Counted from the stretch's first letter, positions 1 through 9,684 are shown. The stretch is DNA of 64,000 bases from Deferribacterales bacterium (GCA_050251945.1 JBFWLW010000001.1:288001-352000); one strand, 5' to 3'. Notes: a model not told the origin generated them from the sequence alone. Numbers and translations: made by a program.

Positions 1-2
1 CC

Positions 3-290
3 GGGGCTAAGCTTTACTCCAGCAGGGTAGGCACCAGAACGATGTGCGAAGGGGATTTAAAAGTGATCTTCCCGCGCGAAAAAGATGCAAAACTGGTTCT
101 TAAATTCCGTCACAACATTGCGCCCATGCTTGCAAAACCTCTGCGCGGCATAGACCCGGACGAAGCTGTCACCAAAGAGGGAAAAGACATCATGGCGCAA
201 TCCCTGAAAGACGGATATGCTGCCCAATACAATATCACAAGCATTAAAGACGTGATATTCAATAACTTTTCCTGCACAACAATCCAGTGA
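3..290 (+). CDS. hypothetical protein, 3' part (frame open from window start)
   Basis: ORF 42..290 frame stays open upstream to position 3; ends just before the lexA promoter. Confidence 0.55.
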   Translation, partial: GAKLYSSRVGTRTMCEGDLKVIFPREKDAKLVLKFRHNIAPMLAKPLRGIDPDEAVTKEGKDIMAQSLKDGYAAQYNITSIKDVIFNNFSCTTIQ

Positions 291-299
291 TCAATTTTC

Positions 300-330
300 T
301 TGACTTTTACTCCTGTTGAGCTATTATACT
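300..330 (+). promoter_or_regulatory. sigma70-type promoter of the lexA operon
   Basis: TTGACT at 300-305; TATTAT/TATACT at 322-330. Confidence 0.55.
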
Positions 331-335
331 CATAG

Positions 336-351
336 GCGAACACCTGTTCGC
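336..351. promoter_or_regulatory. LexA operator (SOS box, GAAC-N4-GTTC type)
   Basis: Palindrome GCGAAC-ACCT-GTTCGC between the -10 box and the lexA RBS; matches the Firmicutes/Actinobacteria CGAAC-N4-GTTCG box. Confidence 0.85.
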
Positions 352-365
352 TCATGGAGGGCGAT

Positions 366-965
366 ATGACAGACAGGCAGAAAATGTTCATGCAATTCAT
401 TGATAAGTTCATAAGAGATAACGGATATTCGCCATCTGTCCGTGAAATAGCCAAAGGCATGGGACTCTCGTCAACAGCCAGCGTAAAAAACATGCTGGAC
501 AGACTCACGCAGTCGGGTGCTTTAAGGCGCACTGAAAACATCGCGCGCAGTCTTGAGAAACCTTCGCAGGGGATACCTGTACTCGGACGTATCAAAGCCG
601 GTCTGCCCGTCACATCGGAAGAGAACGTGGAAGGCTACATACGTCTGGATAAACCCATTAGCGAAGACCACTTTTTTCTGCGGGTGGACGGCGACAGTAT
701 GAAAGATAAAGCGATTCTTGACGGTGACTGTGTTCTGATACGTCAGACGAATCAGGTCACAAGCGGTCAGATGGGCGCATTCCGCATTAACGGCGAAGTC
801 ACCCTTAAAACATTTGAAAGAACATCCGCCGGAGTTTTTCTGATGCCCGCCAATCCGGACTTTGCTCCGATCCCCGTTGGCGAATATGACGATTTCAGGG
901 TCATCGGCACCGTAAAAATGGTGATACGCGCTCTGGAGGGTGGCTATGATATTGAACCTGCATGA
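366..965 (+). CDS. lexA: LexA SOS repressor
   Basis: wHTH SPSVREIA..GLSS; Ala-Gly cleavage site IKAG; catalytic GDSM serine and VTLK lysine; GGAGG RBS before ATG 366. Confidence 0.92.
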   Translation: MTDRQKMFMQFIDKFIRDNGYSPSVREIAKGMGLSSTASVKNMLDRLTQSGALRRTENIARSLEKPSQGIPVLGRIKAGLPVTSEENVEGYIRLDKPISEDHFFLRVDGDSMKDKAILDGDCVLIRQTNQVTSGQMGAFRINGEVTLKTFERTSAGVFLMPANPDFAPIPVGEYDDFRVIGTVKMVIRALEGGYDIEPA

Positions 966-1197
966 AAAAGTGCGTGTCGGCGCGGTCTTTGAAAACAGCC
1001 CCAGACCTGTATGGTTCAGCCTTCGAGGCGAAAAAGTCACCGTTAAAGATATCTGCTACCGCTGGAAAGAACGTGCGGGAAACGACATCGTACACAAATA
1101 CACGGTTACCGACGGTCTCAATGTGTTTGAGCTGTCATTCAGCGGTCTTGATGCCTGCTGGTATCTTGAGGGTATGGACGAAGGGGACGGCAAGTGA
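946..1197 (+). CDS. small conserved beta-rich protein (DUF6504-like), putative polymerase accessory factor
   Basis: GGAGG RBS at 935-939; overlaps lexA stop and polY start (GTGA); motif RPVWFSLRGEKVTV..I..RW. Confidence 0.75.
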   Translation: MILNLHEKVRVGAVFENSPRPVWFSLRGEKVTVKDICYRWKERAGNDIVHKYTVTDGLNVFELSFSGLDACWYLEGMDEGDGK

Positions 1198-2405
1198 TAC
1201 TCTGTATGGACATGGACGCTTTCTTCGCGTCTGTGGAGCAGTCTGCAAATCCGCATCTCAGGGGCAAACCAATAGCTGTCATCGGCGCTAAAGAGAGGAC
1301 TGTCGTCGTTACGAGTTCATACGAAGCGAGGGCGGAGGGCGTCAAAACAGGCATGAGCAAATATGAAGCTCTCAAAGTTTGTCCGCATGTCACTCTGGTC
1401 ACAGCCAGCACTGGAAAATATACTTATATATCAACTGAAATAAACAAATATCTCAGAACCATAACACCGGAAGTGGAGGTCTATTCCATAGACGAGGCGT
1501 TTCTGGATATTTCTAAGACCGACATCAATCCAGTTGATGCGGCATACATGATAAAGTCCTTTGTTAAGAAGACATTCAATATAACCTGCTCGGTCGGGGT
1601 CGGTCCGAATAAGCTGATAGCGAAGATGGCGAGCGGGATAAACAAGCCTGACGGATTCTATATGGTGGAATCTGATGAAGTGATTGATTTCATTGACGGC
1701 TTTGAACTCGGAGATATATGGGGGATAGGGCGCAGACTGGCAAAGCGTTTCCGCGAGCTTGGAATCTTTACCCCGAAAGACCTGCGTGATTTCGGGCAGG
1801 AGCGGCTTGAAGAGATGTTCGGCATATACGGTACACGGCTTTATAAAATGGTATGCGGGCAGTATGCCGGCGGCGTGGTGTCCGAAGAGCCGCCTGTAAA
1901 ATCCATCGGACACAGCATGACGATGCCTGTATTTCTGACTAAGCGGGAAGAAGCGCTTAATTATCTGCTCCAGCTTTCGGAAATGGTATCGGCACGGGCA
2001 AGGAAGAACGGTTTTGCCGGCAAAACCGTGCACCTGACCATCCGCGACACACAGATGGGCAATATCGGCAAACGGAAGACGTTCGGATTTTTTACTTCGG
2101 CAACGCACCACATATATGAGGAAGCGGTCGCCATATTCGACGAGATTTGGGATAAAACACCGATCAGATTGCTTGGCGTTACGCTTGGAAGCCTTGTTTC
2201 AGAGTATGTTGCACTTACAAATATAATGGATGACTTTCAGAAATACCCACAACTTTATGATGCAATAGATAAAATAAACTCAAAATTTGGAAAACATACT
2301 GTTTCTTATGCCTCTGTGCTGAACTGCAAAAGGATAGGCGCAAAGACCATTTCTCCGGCGTGGCGTCCCGATGGAACAAGGAATGTGGATATCACTTCCG
2401 ATTAA
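1194..2405 (+). CDS. dinB: Y-family DNA polymerase (Pol IV/DinB-like)
   Basis: DMDAFFASVE, SYEARA.GV, SIDEAFLD, NKLIAKMAS motifs. Confidence 0.93.
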   Translation: MILCMDMDAFFASVEQSANPHLRGKPIAVIGAKERTVVVTSSYEARAEGVKTGMSKYEALKVCPHVTLVTASTGKYTYISTEINKYLRTITPEVEVYSIDEAFLDISKTDINPVDAAYMIKSFVKKTFNITCSVGVGPNKLIAKMASGINKPDGFYMVESDEVIDFIDGFELGDIWGIGRRLAKRFRELGIFTPKDLRDFGQERLEEMFGIYGTRLYKMVCGQYAGGVVSEEPPVKSIGHSMTMPVFLTKREEALNYLLQLSEMVSARARKNGFAGKTVHLTIRDTQMGNIGKRKTFGFFTSATHHIYEEAVAIFDEIWDKTPIRLLGVTLGSLVSEYVALTNIMDDFQKYPQLYDAIDKINSKFGKHTVSYASVLNCKRIGAKTISPAWRPDGTRNVDITSD

Positions 2406-2529
2406 TTAAAACATTGATCAGATTTTCCGTAAAAAAGACAGCAGTTTTCTTGACTTGAAATATCAAATCAACTAATATCGTTGGACATAATTTTTAACGG
2501 TTGTATTGTATCCAAATTCGGAGGAATTA

Positions 2530-3849
2530 ATGTCTAAGAAAGTGAACGCAGGTCTGATCGGATACGGGACTGTAGGCAAGGGAACCGCTGATATTCTGCT
2601 TAAGAACAAACAGGATATCTTTGAAAAAACGGGTATCGACATCTGCCTCAAAACGATCGCAGATCTTAAAATAGATAAAACGAAACTGGATGATACGCTT
2701 GCGCTTTGTCAGGTTGTAACGAACAACGCAGAGGATATCATCAATGACCCCGAAATAGATATAGTCATTGAACTTGTGGGCGGATATACCTTTGCGAAGG
2801 ATATCATCCTTAAAGCCCTTAATGCGAAAAAACATGTTGTGACAGCTAATAAGGCACTTCTTGCCGTACACGGTGCAGAGGTTTTCAAAGCTGCGCAGGC
2901 AAATAACGTCACAATCGGTTTCGAGGGCGCCGTCGGCGGCGGCATACCGCTTATCGGAGTGCTTAAGGAAGACCTTGTCGGCAACAATATCAAAGAGATA
3001 TTCGGCATCATCAACGGGACAGCCAACTATATTCTTTCATCCATGGAGTCAGAAGGTAAGGAATTCTCCGAAGTGCTTAAAGCTGCACAGGAAAAAGGCT
3101 ACGCAGAAGCAGACCCGACATTCGATATCGAAGGTATCGACACCGCACACAAGATAGCTATTCTTGCGTCAATCGGTTTCAAAACGCTGATTCCATTTGA
3201 TCAGATATACGTTGAGGGCATATCCAACATTAAAAAAGTGGATATTGAGTTCGCTAAGAAGCTGAACTGTAAGATAAAACTGCTGGCTATAGCAAAGAAA
3301 CACGATGATTGCATCGAAGTGCGCGTTCACCCCACAATCCTGCCCAACTCAGAGATGATGGCGCAGGTCAGCGGTGTTTTCAACGCGGTTGAATTCATCG
3401 GCGACAGCGTGGACAAGACTATGTATTACGGACGCGGGGCGGGCGGCAAACCCACAGGTTCTGCCGTTACGGCGGACGTTGTTTCAATCGCGCGCGATAT
3501 CGCCGGCGGATGCGCAGAACGTGTCCCCGTGCTTGGATTCACCAGAGATTTCGATTATTACTACCCCATCAGAGATATAAAGGATATTAAGTCCAAGTTT
3601 TACCTGCGTTTCACAGTTCTGGACGAGCCCGGAACTCTGGCTAAGATAGCGGGAATACTTGGCAAATACGGCATAAGCATTTCGCAGGCTATCCAGCCCG
3701 ACGACAGAGCGCCCGGTGCGGTTGTCACAATGGTTTTTATGACTCACAAGACTGTTGCGAACAATATCATGAAAGCTATTGCCGAAATAGACAGTGAGGA
3801 CTGTGTAAGCGACAAAACAGTCGCTATAAGAGTTAAGGAGCTTGTGTAA
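2530..3849 (+). CDS. hom: homoserine dehydrogenase with C-terminal ACT domain
   Basis: GYGTVG, VVTANKAL, EGAVGGGIP, GYAEADP, GRGAG motifs; GGAGG RBS. Confidence 0.95.
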   Translation: MSKKVNAGLIGYGTVGKGTADILLKNKQDIFEKTGIDICLKTIADLKIDKTKLDDTLALCQVVTNNAEDIINDPEIDIVIELVGGYTFAKDIILKALNAKKHVVTANKALLAVHGAEVFKAAQANNVTIGFEGAVGGGIPLIGVLKEDLVGNNIKEIFGIINGTANYILSSMESEGKEFSEVLKAAQEKGYAEADPTFDIEGIDTAHKIAILASIGFKTLIPFDQIYVEGISNIKKVDIEFAKKLNCKIKLLAIAKKHDDCIEVRVHPTILPNSEMMAQVSGVFNAVEFIGDSVDKTMYYGRGAGGKPTGSAVTADVVSIARDIAGGCAERVPVLGFTRDFDYYYPIRDIKDIKSKFYLRFTVLDEPGTLAKIAGILGKYGISISQAIQPDDRAPGAVVTMVFMTHKTVANNIMKAIAEIDSEDCVSDKTVAIRVKELV

Positions 3850-5016
3850 ATGAAATTTGTTGTGCTGCTCACCGACGGGATGAGCGATCATAAAATAGAG
3901 GAGCTTGGCGGTAAAACCGTCATGCAGGCGGCAAATAAGCCTAACATGGACATGATGGCGAAAGAGGGTGTCGGCGGATTCATAAAATCCACTCCGGACG
4001 GATATTATCCCGGCAGCGACATCTGCAACCTTTCGCTTATGGGCTATGATCCTACAGTGTATTATTCAGGCAGAAGCCCTCTTGAGGCCGGAAGTCAGGG
4101 CATAGAACTTAACAAAGGCGATATGGCGTTCCGCTGTAACCTTGTTACCCTTGACGGAAAAGTGATGGACGATTTCTCCGCTCACCATATAGACGGAAGC
4201 GTAGCGAAGGCTTGCATAGCGGAGATTGACAGCATTTTCAGAAGCGAAGGCGCAGAGTTTTACCCGGGCGTTGGCTACCGCAACCTGATGGTGATGCGCA
4301 ATGTGGATTTTGAACTTCAGACCACACCTCCCCACGACATAATGGGGCAGGAATGGGAACAATATCTGCCGAAAGGGAAAGGCGCTGAAAAACTGCTTTC
4401 CATAATGGAGCGCGCCAAAAAGGTCTTTGAAGGCGGAAAATACGGACGCGCAAACAGCATATGGTTCTGGGGCGAGGGCAGCAAGCCCGAAATGCCTGCT
4501 TTTAAAGAGCTTTACGGACTTAACGGCGCTGTTGTTGCGGCTGTCGATCTCATCCGCGGTATCGGCAAATTCGGCGGACTTGAAATTATTGACGTTCCGG
4601 GAGCGACCGGATTCATAGATACCAATTTTGAGGGCAAAGCTGAATACGCATTGAAATCTCTCGAAAAAAATGATTATGTATTCATACACGTGGAAGCCCC
4701 TGATGAAGCAGGACATATGGGCAGTATAAGTGAAAAAATTAAAGCTGTGGAAAACATTGACAGCCGGCTTCTCCCCATACTCCTTGATGGATTGAAAAAA
4801 TTCGGGGATTTCAGAATAATGGTGTCACCGGATCACCCGACACCCGTTAAAAGACGCACTCACGTTGCGGAACCCGTTCCTTGCATAATATACGGAACAG
4901 GTGTTAAACCCGACGGAAACCTTACTTATGACGAGTTTATGAAACCTACGTTTTTCATAGAAGAAGGCTACCGCATAGCAGAATTTTTTCTGAAAAGTCA
5001 CGTTATAAACGGTTGA
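3850..5016 (+). CDS. apgM: cofactor-independent phosphoglycerate mutase family (ApgM; proposed alternative homoserine kinase)
   Basis: [32 protein letters not shown] motifs; lies between hom and aspartokinase. Confidence 0.88.
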   Translation: MKFVVLLTDGMSDHKIEELGGKTVMQAANKPNMDMMAKEGVGGFIKSTPDGYYPGSDICNLSLMGYDPTVYYSGRSPLEAGSQGIELNKGDMAFRCNLVTLDGKVMDDFSAHHIDGSVAKACIAEIDSIFRSEGAEFYPGVGYRNLMVMRNVDFELQTTPPHDIMGQEWEQYLPKGKGAEKLLSIMERAKKVFEGGKYGRANSIWFWGEGSKPEMPAFKELYGLNGAVVAAVDLIRGIGKFGGLEIIDVPGATGFIDTNFEGKAEYALKSLEKNDYVFIHVEAPDEAGHMGSISEKIKAVENIDSRLLPILLDGLKKFGDFRIMVSPDHPTPVKRRTHVAEPVPCIIYGTGVKPDGNLTYDEFMKPTFFIEEGYRIAEFFLKSHVING

Positions 5017-5038
5017 CGGCTTTTTAAGGAGGACTTTA

Positions 5039-6253
5039 GTGGGCATTGTAGTTATGAAGTTCGGCGGAACCAGTGTCGGCTCCATAGAACGCATCAAAAA
5101 TGTCGCGAGAATCATCGCAAAAAAGAAAGATCAGGGGCATGACGTTGCATGTGTGGTTTCTGCCATGTCCGGCGAAACGGACAGGCTTATCAACCTCCTG
5201 AAAGAGATTGACCCTAAGTACAGCCCCAGAGAATACGACCAGCTCGTATCCACAGGCGAATCTGCAAGCTCACCACTTGTGGCACAGGCGCTTATTTCAA
5301 TGGGCTATCCGGCGGTTTCACTTACGGGCATCCAGATCGGCATGGTTACAAACGGAGCGCACTCCAACAGCCGGATCATGGATGTTAAGGCTGACCGCAT
5401 CAAAGAAGAATTCAAAAAAGGAAAAGTATGCATTATTGCAGGTTTTCAGGGTCTCTTCCCCGAATCAGGCGACATTACGACGCTTGGCAGGGGCGGTTCC
5501 GACACGTCCGCAGTTGCAGTTGCTGCGGCGCTGAAGGCCAACGTATGCGAAATATATACGGACGTTGACGGTGTTTACACCGCCGACCCCAGAATAGTTA
5601 AACATGCCAAAAAACTTGATAAGATTTCATACGATGAAATGCTGGAACTTGCATCACTGGGTGCAAAGGTTCTCCAGTCAAGAAGCGTTGAACTCGGCAT
5701 GAACCACAATGTTGACATCATGGTTCTTTCATCCCTTGAGGAAAAACCCGGAACATTAGTAACCAAGGAGGATTCAGACATGGAGCAGGTCGTTGTAACC
5801 GGCGTAGTTTCAGACAAAAATCAGGCGAAAATTACTATTACGGCTGTTCCGGACAACCCCGGAATCGCATCACAAATATTTAATAAAATTGCCGATAGCA
5901 ATATCAACGTTGACGTTATCGTTCAGAACGTCGGAAAGGACGGAAATACTGATATGTCCTTCACCGTGCAGAAAACAGATCTTCTGCGCGCTACAGACGT
6001 CTGCAACGCCATCGCAAAAGAGATAGGTGCCAAGGAGGTTTTGGCTGATGAGAACATCGCCAAAGTATCTATTGTCGGCGTGGGTATGAGAAGCCACGCA
6101 GGCGTAGCGGCAAAGATGTTCTCTCTCCTCGCGGAGAATAACATAAATATAAAAATGATAACCACCAGTGAGATAAAAGTTTCATGCGTTGTTGAGGAGA
6201 AATTCTCCGAACTCGCGGTCAGAATACTGCACGAGGCTTTTGTCGAAGCGTAA
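5039..6253 (+). CDS. lysC: aspartate kinase
   Basis: [28 protein letters not shown]; two ACT domains. Confidence 0.95.
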   Translation: MGIVVMKFGGTSVGSIERIKNVARIIAKKKDQGHDVACVVSAMSGETDRLINLLKEIDPKYSPREYDQLVSTGESASSPLVAQALISMGYPAVSLTGIQIGMVTNGAHSNSRIMDVKADRIKEEFKKGKVCIIAGFQGLFPESGDITTLGRGGSDTSAVAVAAALKANVCEIYTDVDGVYTADPRIVKHAKKLDKISYDEMLELASLGAKVLQSRSVELGMNHNVDIMVLSSLEEKPGTLVTKEDSDMEQVVVTGVVSDKNQAKITITAVPDNPGIASQIFNKIADSNINVDVIVQNVGKDGNTDMSFTVQKTDLLRATDVCNAIAKEIGAKEVLADENIAKVSIVGVGMRSHAGVAAKMFSLLAENNINIKMITTSEIKVSCVVEEKFSELAVRILHEAFVEA

Positions 6254-6271
6254 TCTTTTGAAGGAAGAATT

Positions 6272-7855
6272 ATGTCAAAAAAGATAGAGATATACGACAC
6301 CACGCTGAGGGACGGTACTCAGTCGGAGGACGTTAACTTTACCATAGCGGATAAAGTGAAGATAGCCGAAGCACTTTGCGATTTCGGCATCAGATATATC
6401 GAAGGCGGCTGGCCTGGTTCCAACCCCAGAGATATCGGCTTTTTCCGTGAAGTAAAAAAATCTTCCGTACCGATAGACCATGTTGCGGCTTTCGGAAGCA
6501 CAAGACGTGCAAAAAGAACATGTGACAACGATGAAAATATTCAGGCGCTCCTTGAAGCGGAAGTCCCCAACCTTACCATATTCGGAAAGACCTGGGATCT
6601 GCACGTTACAGAGGCGCTTAAAATTGAGCTTGAGCAGAACCTTGAGATAATCCACGACTCCGTTTCATACCTTAAGTCCAAAGTGGACAAGGCTTTTTAT
6701 GATGCGGAACACTTTTTTGACGGTTTCAAGGCAAACAAAGAATACGCCATTAAGACCGTTAAGGCGGCTATGGAGGCAAAAGCTGACTGCATTATACTTT
6801 GCGACACAAACGGCGGCACCATGCCTCAGGAACTTGCGGATATCATCCGTCAGCTCCGCGAGGTAACAGGTGACTATCCGCTGGGCATTCACTGCCACAA
6901 CGACAGTGACTGCGCCGTGGCTAACTCCGTTATGGCTGTCATAAACGGTATAACTCAGGTTCAGGGAACAATAAACGGTTACGGCGAGAGATGCGGCAAC
7001 GCAAACATCTGCTCGGTTATCCCGAATCTCCAGCTTAAATACGGATATGAATGTGTACCTGCCGACAAGCTGAACAGACTTCGCAGTGTATCCAGATACA
7101 TAAACGAGCTTGGCAACCTGAAACACAATATCCACCAGCCTTATGTCGGACGTGCGGCGTTCGCTCACAAGGGCGGGGTGCATGTCAGTGCCATTCTGAA
7201 AAATGCTAAAACCTACGAACACATAGAGCCCGAACTGGTGGGCAACAAGCAGAGAGTTCTGCTTTCCGACCTTTCCGGTAAATCCAACCTCGTTTACAAA
7301 GCAAAAGACTTCGGTCTTGATATCGACAGCAACGATCCGAAGGTGAACGCAGTTGTGGACAGGCTGAAAGAGCTTGAAAACAAAGGCTTTCAGTATGAAG
7401 GTGCGGAAGCTTCCTTTGAACTTCTGATGAGAAAGACAATGGGAACCTTTACTCCTTTTTTCGATTCCATGAGCTACAGAGTTATCGACGAGAAGAACAG
7501 CAGCAACGACAATCCTCTGGCTGAGGCTACCGTTATGCTTATTGTGGGCGAAGAGCAGGAACATACTGCGGCATCTGGCAACGGTCCCGTGAACGCACTT
7601 GATAAAGCTGTACGCAAAGCGCTTTCCAAATTTTACCCCCGTATCGCCGATATGGAACTTGTGGATTATAAGGTTCGCATCCTGTCGTCAGGCGAGGGCA
7701 CCGAGTCTGTAACCCGCGTTCTTATCGAATCAAAAGATAAAGACAGCACATGGGGGACAGTGGGTGTTGCGGCAAACATTGTGGACGCATCATATCAGGC
7801 GCTGATGGACTCCATCGAATACAAACTAATGAAAGATAAAGAGCGTACAAACTAA
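6272..7855 (+). CDS. cimA: citramalate synthase (LeuA/CimA family)
   Basis: DTTLRDGTQ, EGGWPGSNP, DAEHFFDG, HCHND, AHKGGVH (CimA-type signature). Confidence 0.88.
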   Translation: MSKKIEIYDTTLRDGTQSEDVNFTIADKVKIAEALCDFGIRYIEGGWPGSNPRDIGFFREVKKSSVPIDHVAAFGSTRRAKRTCDNDENIQALLEAEVPNLTIFGKTWDLHVTEALKIELEQNLEIIHDSVSYLKSKVDKAFYDAEHFFDGFKANKEYAIKTVKAAMEAKADCIILCDTNGGTMPQELADIIRQLREVTGDYPLGIHCHNDSDCAVANSVMAVINGITQVQGTINGYGERCGNANICSVIPNLQLKYGYECVPADKLNRLRSVSRYINELGNLKHNIHQPYVGRAAFAHKGGVHVSAILKNAKTYEHIEPELVGNKQRVLLSDLSGKSNLVYKAKDFGLDIDSNDPKVNAVVDRLKELENKGFQYEGAEASFELLMRKTMGTFTPFFDSMSYRVIDEKNSSNDNPLAEATVMLIVGEEQEHTAASGNGPVNALDKAVRKALSKFYPRIADMELVDYKVRILSSGEGTESVTRVLIESKDKDSTWGTVGVAANIVDASYQALMDSIEYKLMKDKERTN

Positions 7856-7861
7856 TAACGC

Positions 7862-7897
7862 AAAGCCGCTTCCGCAAAGGGAGCGGCTTTTATTTTT
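7862..7897 (+). terminator. rho-independent terminator after cimA
   Basis: AAAGCCGCTTCC-GCAAA-GGGAGCGGCTTT followed by T-rich tail. Confidence 0.85.
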
Positions 7898-7971
7898 AAT
7901 AATGCTGCCTAAGATTTAACATCTATTACGATTTCAGTTGAAAATTCCATAAAGAAGTTTATAATAAAGAT

Positions 7972-8049
7972 ACCAAACAGACTATTGCCCGGTTATTTCT
8001 ATGCTTTATCCCTCCTCCCCCCTTAAAGCATGTAACCGGGATTTTTTTT
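7972..8049 (+). ncRNA. candidate small RNA with C-rich (anti-SD) loop
   Basis: TTGAAA(7938)-16 nt-TATAAT(7960) promoter; hairpin CCCGGTTA..ATGCTTTA[TCCCTCCTCCCCCCT]TAAAGCAT.TAACCGGG then T8. Confidence 0.55.
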
Positions 8050-8050
8050 G

Positions 8051-8497
8051 TCATTTTATCCAGCCGTTTTCGGCGGCAAGTTTCATTATGTTTCTTATAC
8101 AAAATTCGACAGTAAGATGGCAGGTTTTGTATTTACCTATCCCGAACAGTTTTGCTGATTTTGCCGTGATGACACGGCAGCAGGCGCTTGAAAACTCTCT
8201 GCGAAAATCGTCATGAAAGGTACGCACAGCTATTTTCAGCTTATCTATCGGTTCGTCTTTGGTCAGTCTGCCGCCGAGTGTGCTCAGAACGAAAACTCCG
8301 CCTGACAGTGCGCCGCAGATACAGCCGGAGCCGCTTAAACCCTCAACATATGCACTCATCCCGCGTTTTGCATCCTCAGAAAAACATTTTTCAGTGTTTG
8401 TTTCAAATGAGAGAAGCACCGCTTCTGAACATGAATATCCGCTTTTGAAAAGCCTTACTGCGTCTTCTGCCGCCTTGTTCAAGATTTCTTCGGTCAT
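8051..8497 (-). CDS. C-GCAxxG-C-C family putative redox protein
   Basis: YSCSEAV, CICGALSGG, ACCR, TCH cysteine pattern; GGAGG RBS before ATG 8497. Confidence 0.85.
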   Translation of the reverse strand: MTEEILNKAAEDAVRLFKSGYSCSEAVLLSFETNTEKCFSEDAKRGMSAYVEGLSGSGCICGALSGGVFVLSTLGGRLTKDEPIDKLKIAVRTFHDDFRREFSSACCRVITAKSAKLFGIGKYKTCHLTVEFCIRNIMKLAAENGWIK

Positions 8498-8601
8498 AAT
8501 GAACCTCCGTTTGAAGTTGAACATCGGACTGTTATTTTTGTCAATACATTTGTATTGCGGGCATACTATTATTCCGATATTATGTTTTAATACGGTGTGT
8601 A

Positions 8602-9684
8602 ATGTTTAAACTGTTTATTATTGTAGCGCTTCTCGCTATGTCCGGGTATTCACAGGCTAATGATTTAAAGTTGATTGATGCCTGCGGCAGGGAAGTTGTA
8701 ATTCCTAAAAAGATTAAAAGAATTTCGGCTGTGGGACCGGGAAGTTCCGCTTTGACCGAATATGCCGGCTATTCAAAACAACTGGTAACTCAGGACATGT
8801 TACCCTCTATGGGAAAAGTGCATAAATACTGCGCATGTATCTATCCTGAAGGGTATGATAAAATGCCTGCTGTTTTCAAATCATTCTACAGCTTTACTCC
8901 CGATTATGCCGCTATAAATTCGGCTATCCCTGACATAGTGCTTGTTTCGGGTATGAATGACAGACAGGTTGAAAGACTGACACAGTCAGTTCAGGCGCCT
9001 GTTGCCGCTTTGAACTGTTCGGAAACAGGTTATCTGCATTTTGAATCCATCCTCCAATCCATAAGGCTTACAGGGTATATCCTTAATGACCAGAAGAACA
9101 TGCAGGATATCATGAACTTCACGGCCAAGACCAGAAAGGAACTGATTGAACGCACGAAGGACGCTCCCAAGAAGAAGCTGTTCATCATTTCACAGCAGTA
9201 TAAGCCCTCAAAAGCAAGCTATACCGTTGAAAAATGCTACACATATCTGAGGATGCTGAATCTCGGCAGTGTCGGTTCCGACCTGCGAATTACTACGCCA
9301 TATTCAGAGATCACGTTCAACGAGCTGGTCGCAGCTAAACCTGATTTCATCTTTGTCGAGTATACCATGCTGGACAGGCTGAAACAGGACTATGCGGCGA
9401 ATAAGGCGCTGTTGCGCAACTTGCCTGCCATAAAAAACAACAAAGTTTTTACCATACTGCCTTATAACCGATACGCGGCTCATTATGAGAATTTATTTAT
9501 AAATGCCGGCTATATAGGAAGTATAATATATCCTGACCTGTTTAAAGATACAAACATGCGGAATTTGGTTGATAATATTTCTGATGAGTTTACCGGAAAC
9601 GATATTTACGGAAGCATGTATGAAACATCGCCTGTTTTCAGGCAGATAACTTTTTCCGACAAGGGAATACTAATAGGAAAATAA
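8602..9684 (+). CDS. orphan periplasmic binding protein (iron-siderophore/cobalamin type)
   Basis: Signal peptide; DACGREVVIP..KRI; LPAIKNNKVF; IYPDLF. Confidence 0.75.
   Translation: MFKLFIIVALLAMSGYSQANDLKLIDACGREVVIPKKIKRISAVGPGSSALTEYAGYSKQLVTQDMLPSMGKVHKYCACIYPEGYDKMPAVFKSFYSFTPDYAAINSAIPDIVLVSGMNDRQVERLTQSVQAPVAALNCSETGYLHFESILQSIRLTGYILNDQKNMQDIMNFTAKTRKELIERTKDAPKKKLFIISQQYKPSKASYTVEKCYTYLRMLNLGSVGSDLRITTPYSEITFNELVAAKPDFIFVEYTMLDRLKQDYAANKALLRNLPAIKNNKVFTILPYNRYAAHYENLFINAGYIGSIIYPDLFKDTNMRNLVDNISDEFTGNDIYGSMYETSPVFRQITFSDKGILIGK

Noticed and set aside
354..2405. Prophage repressor or prophage remnant
   Set aside because: The S24 protein has a LexA-type wHTH and an SOS box; no integrase or phage structural genes nearby
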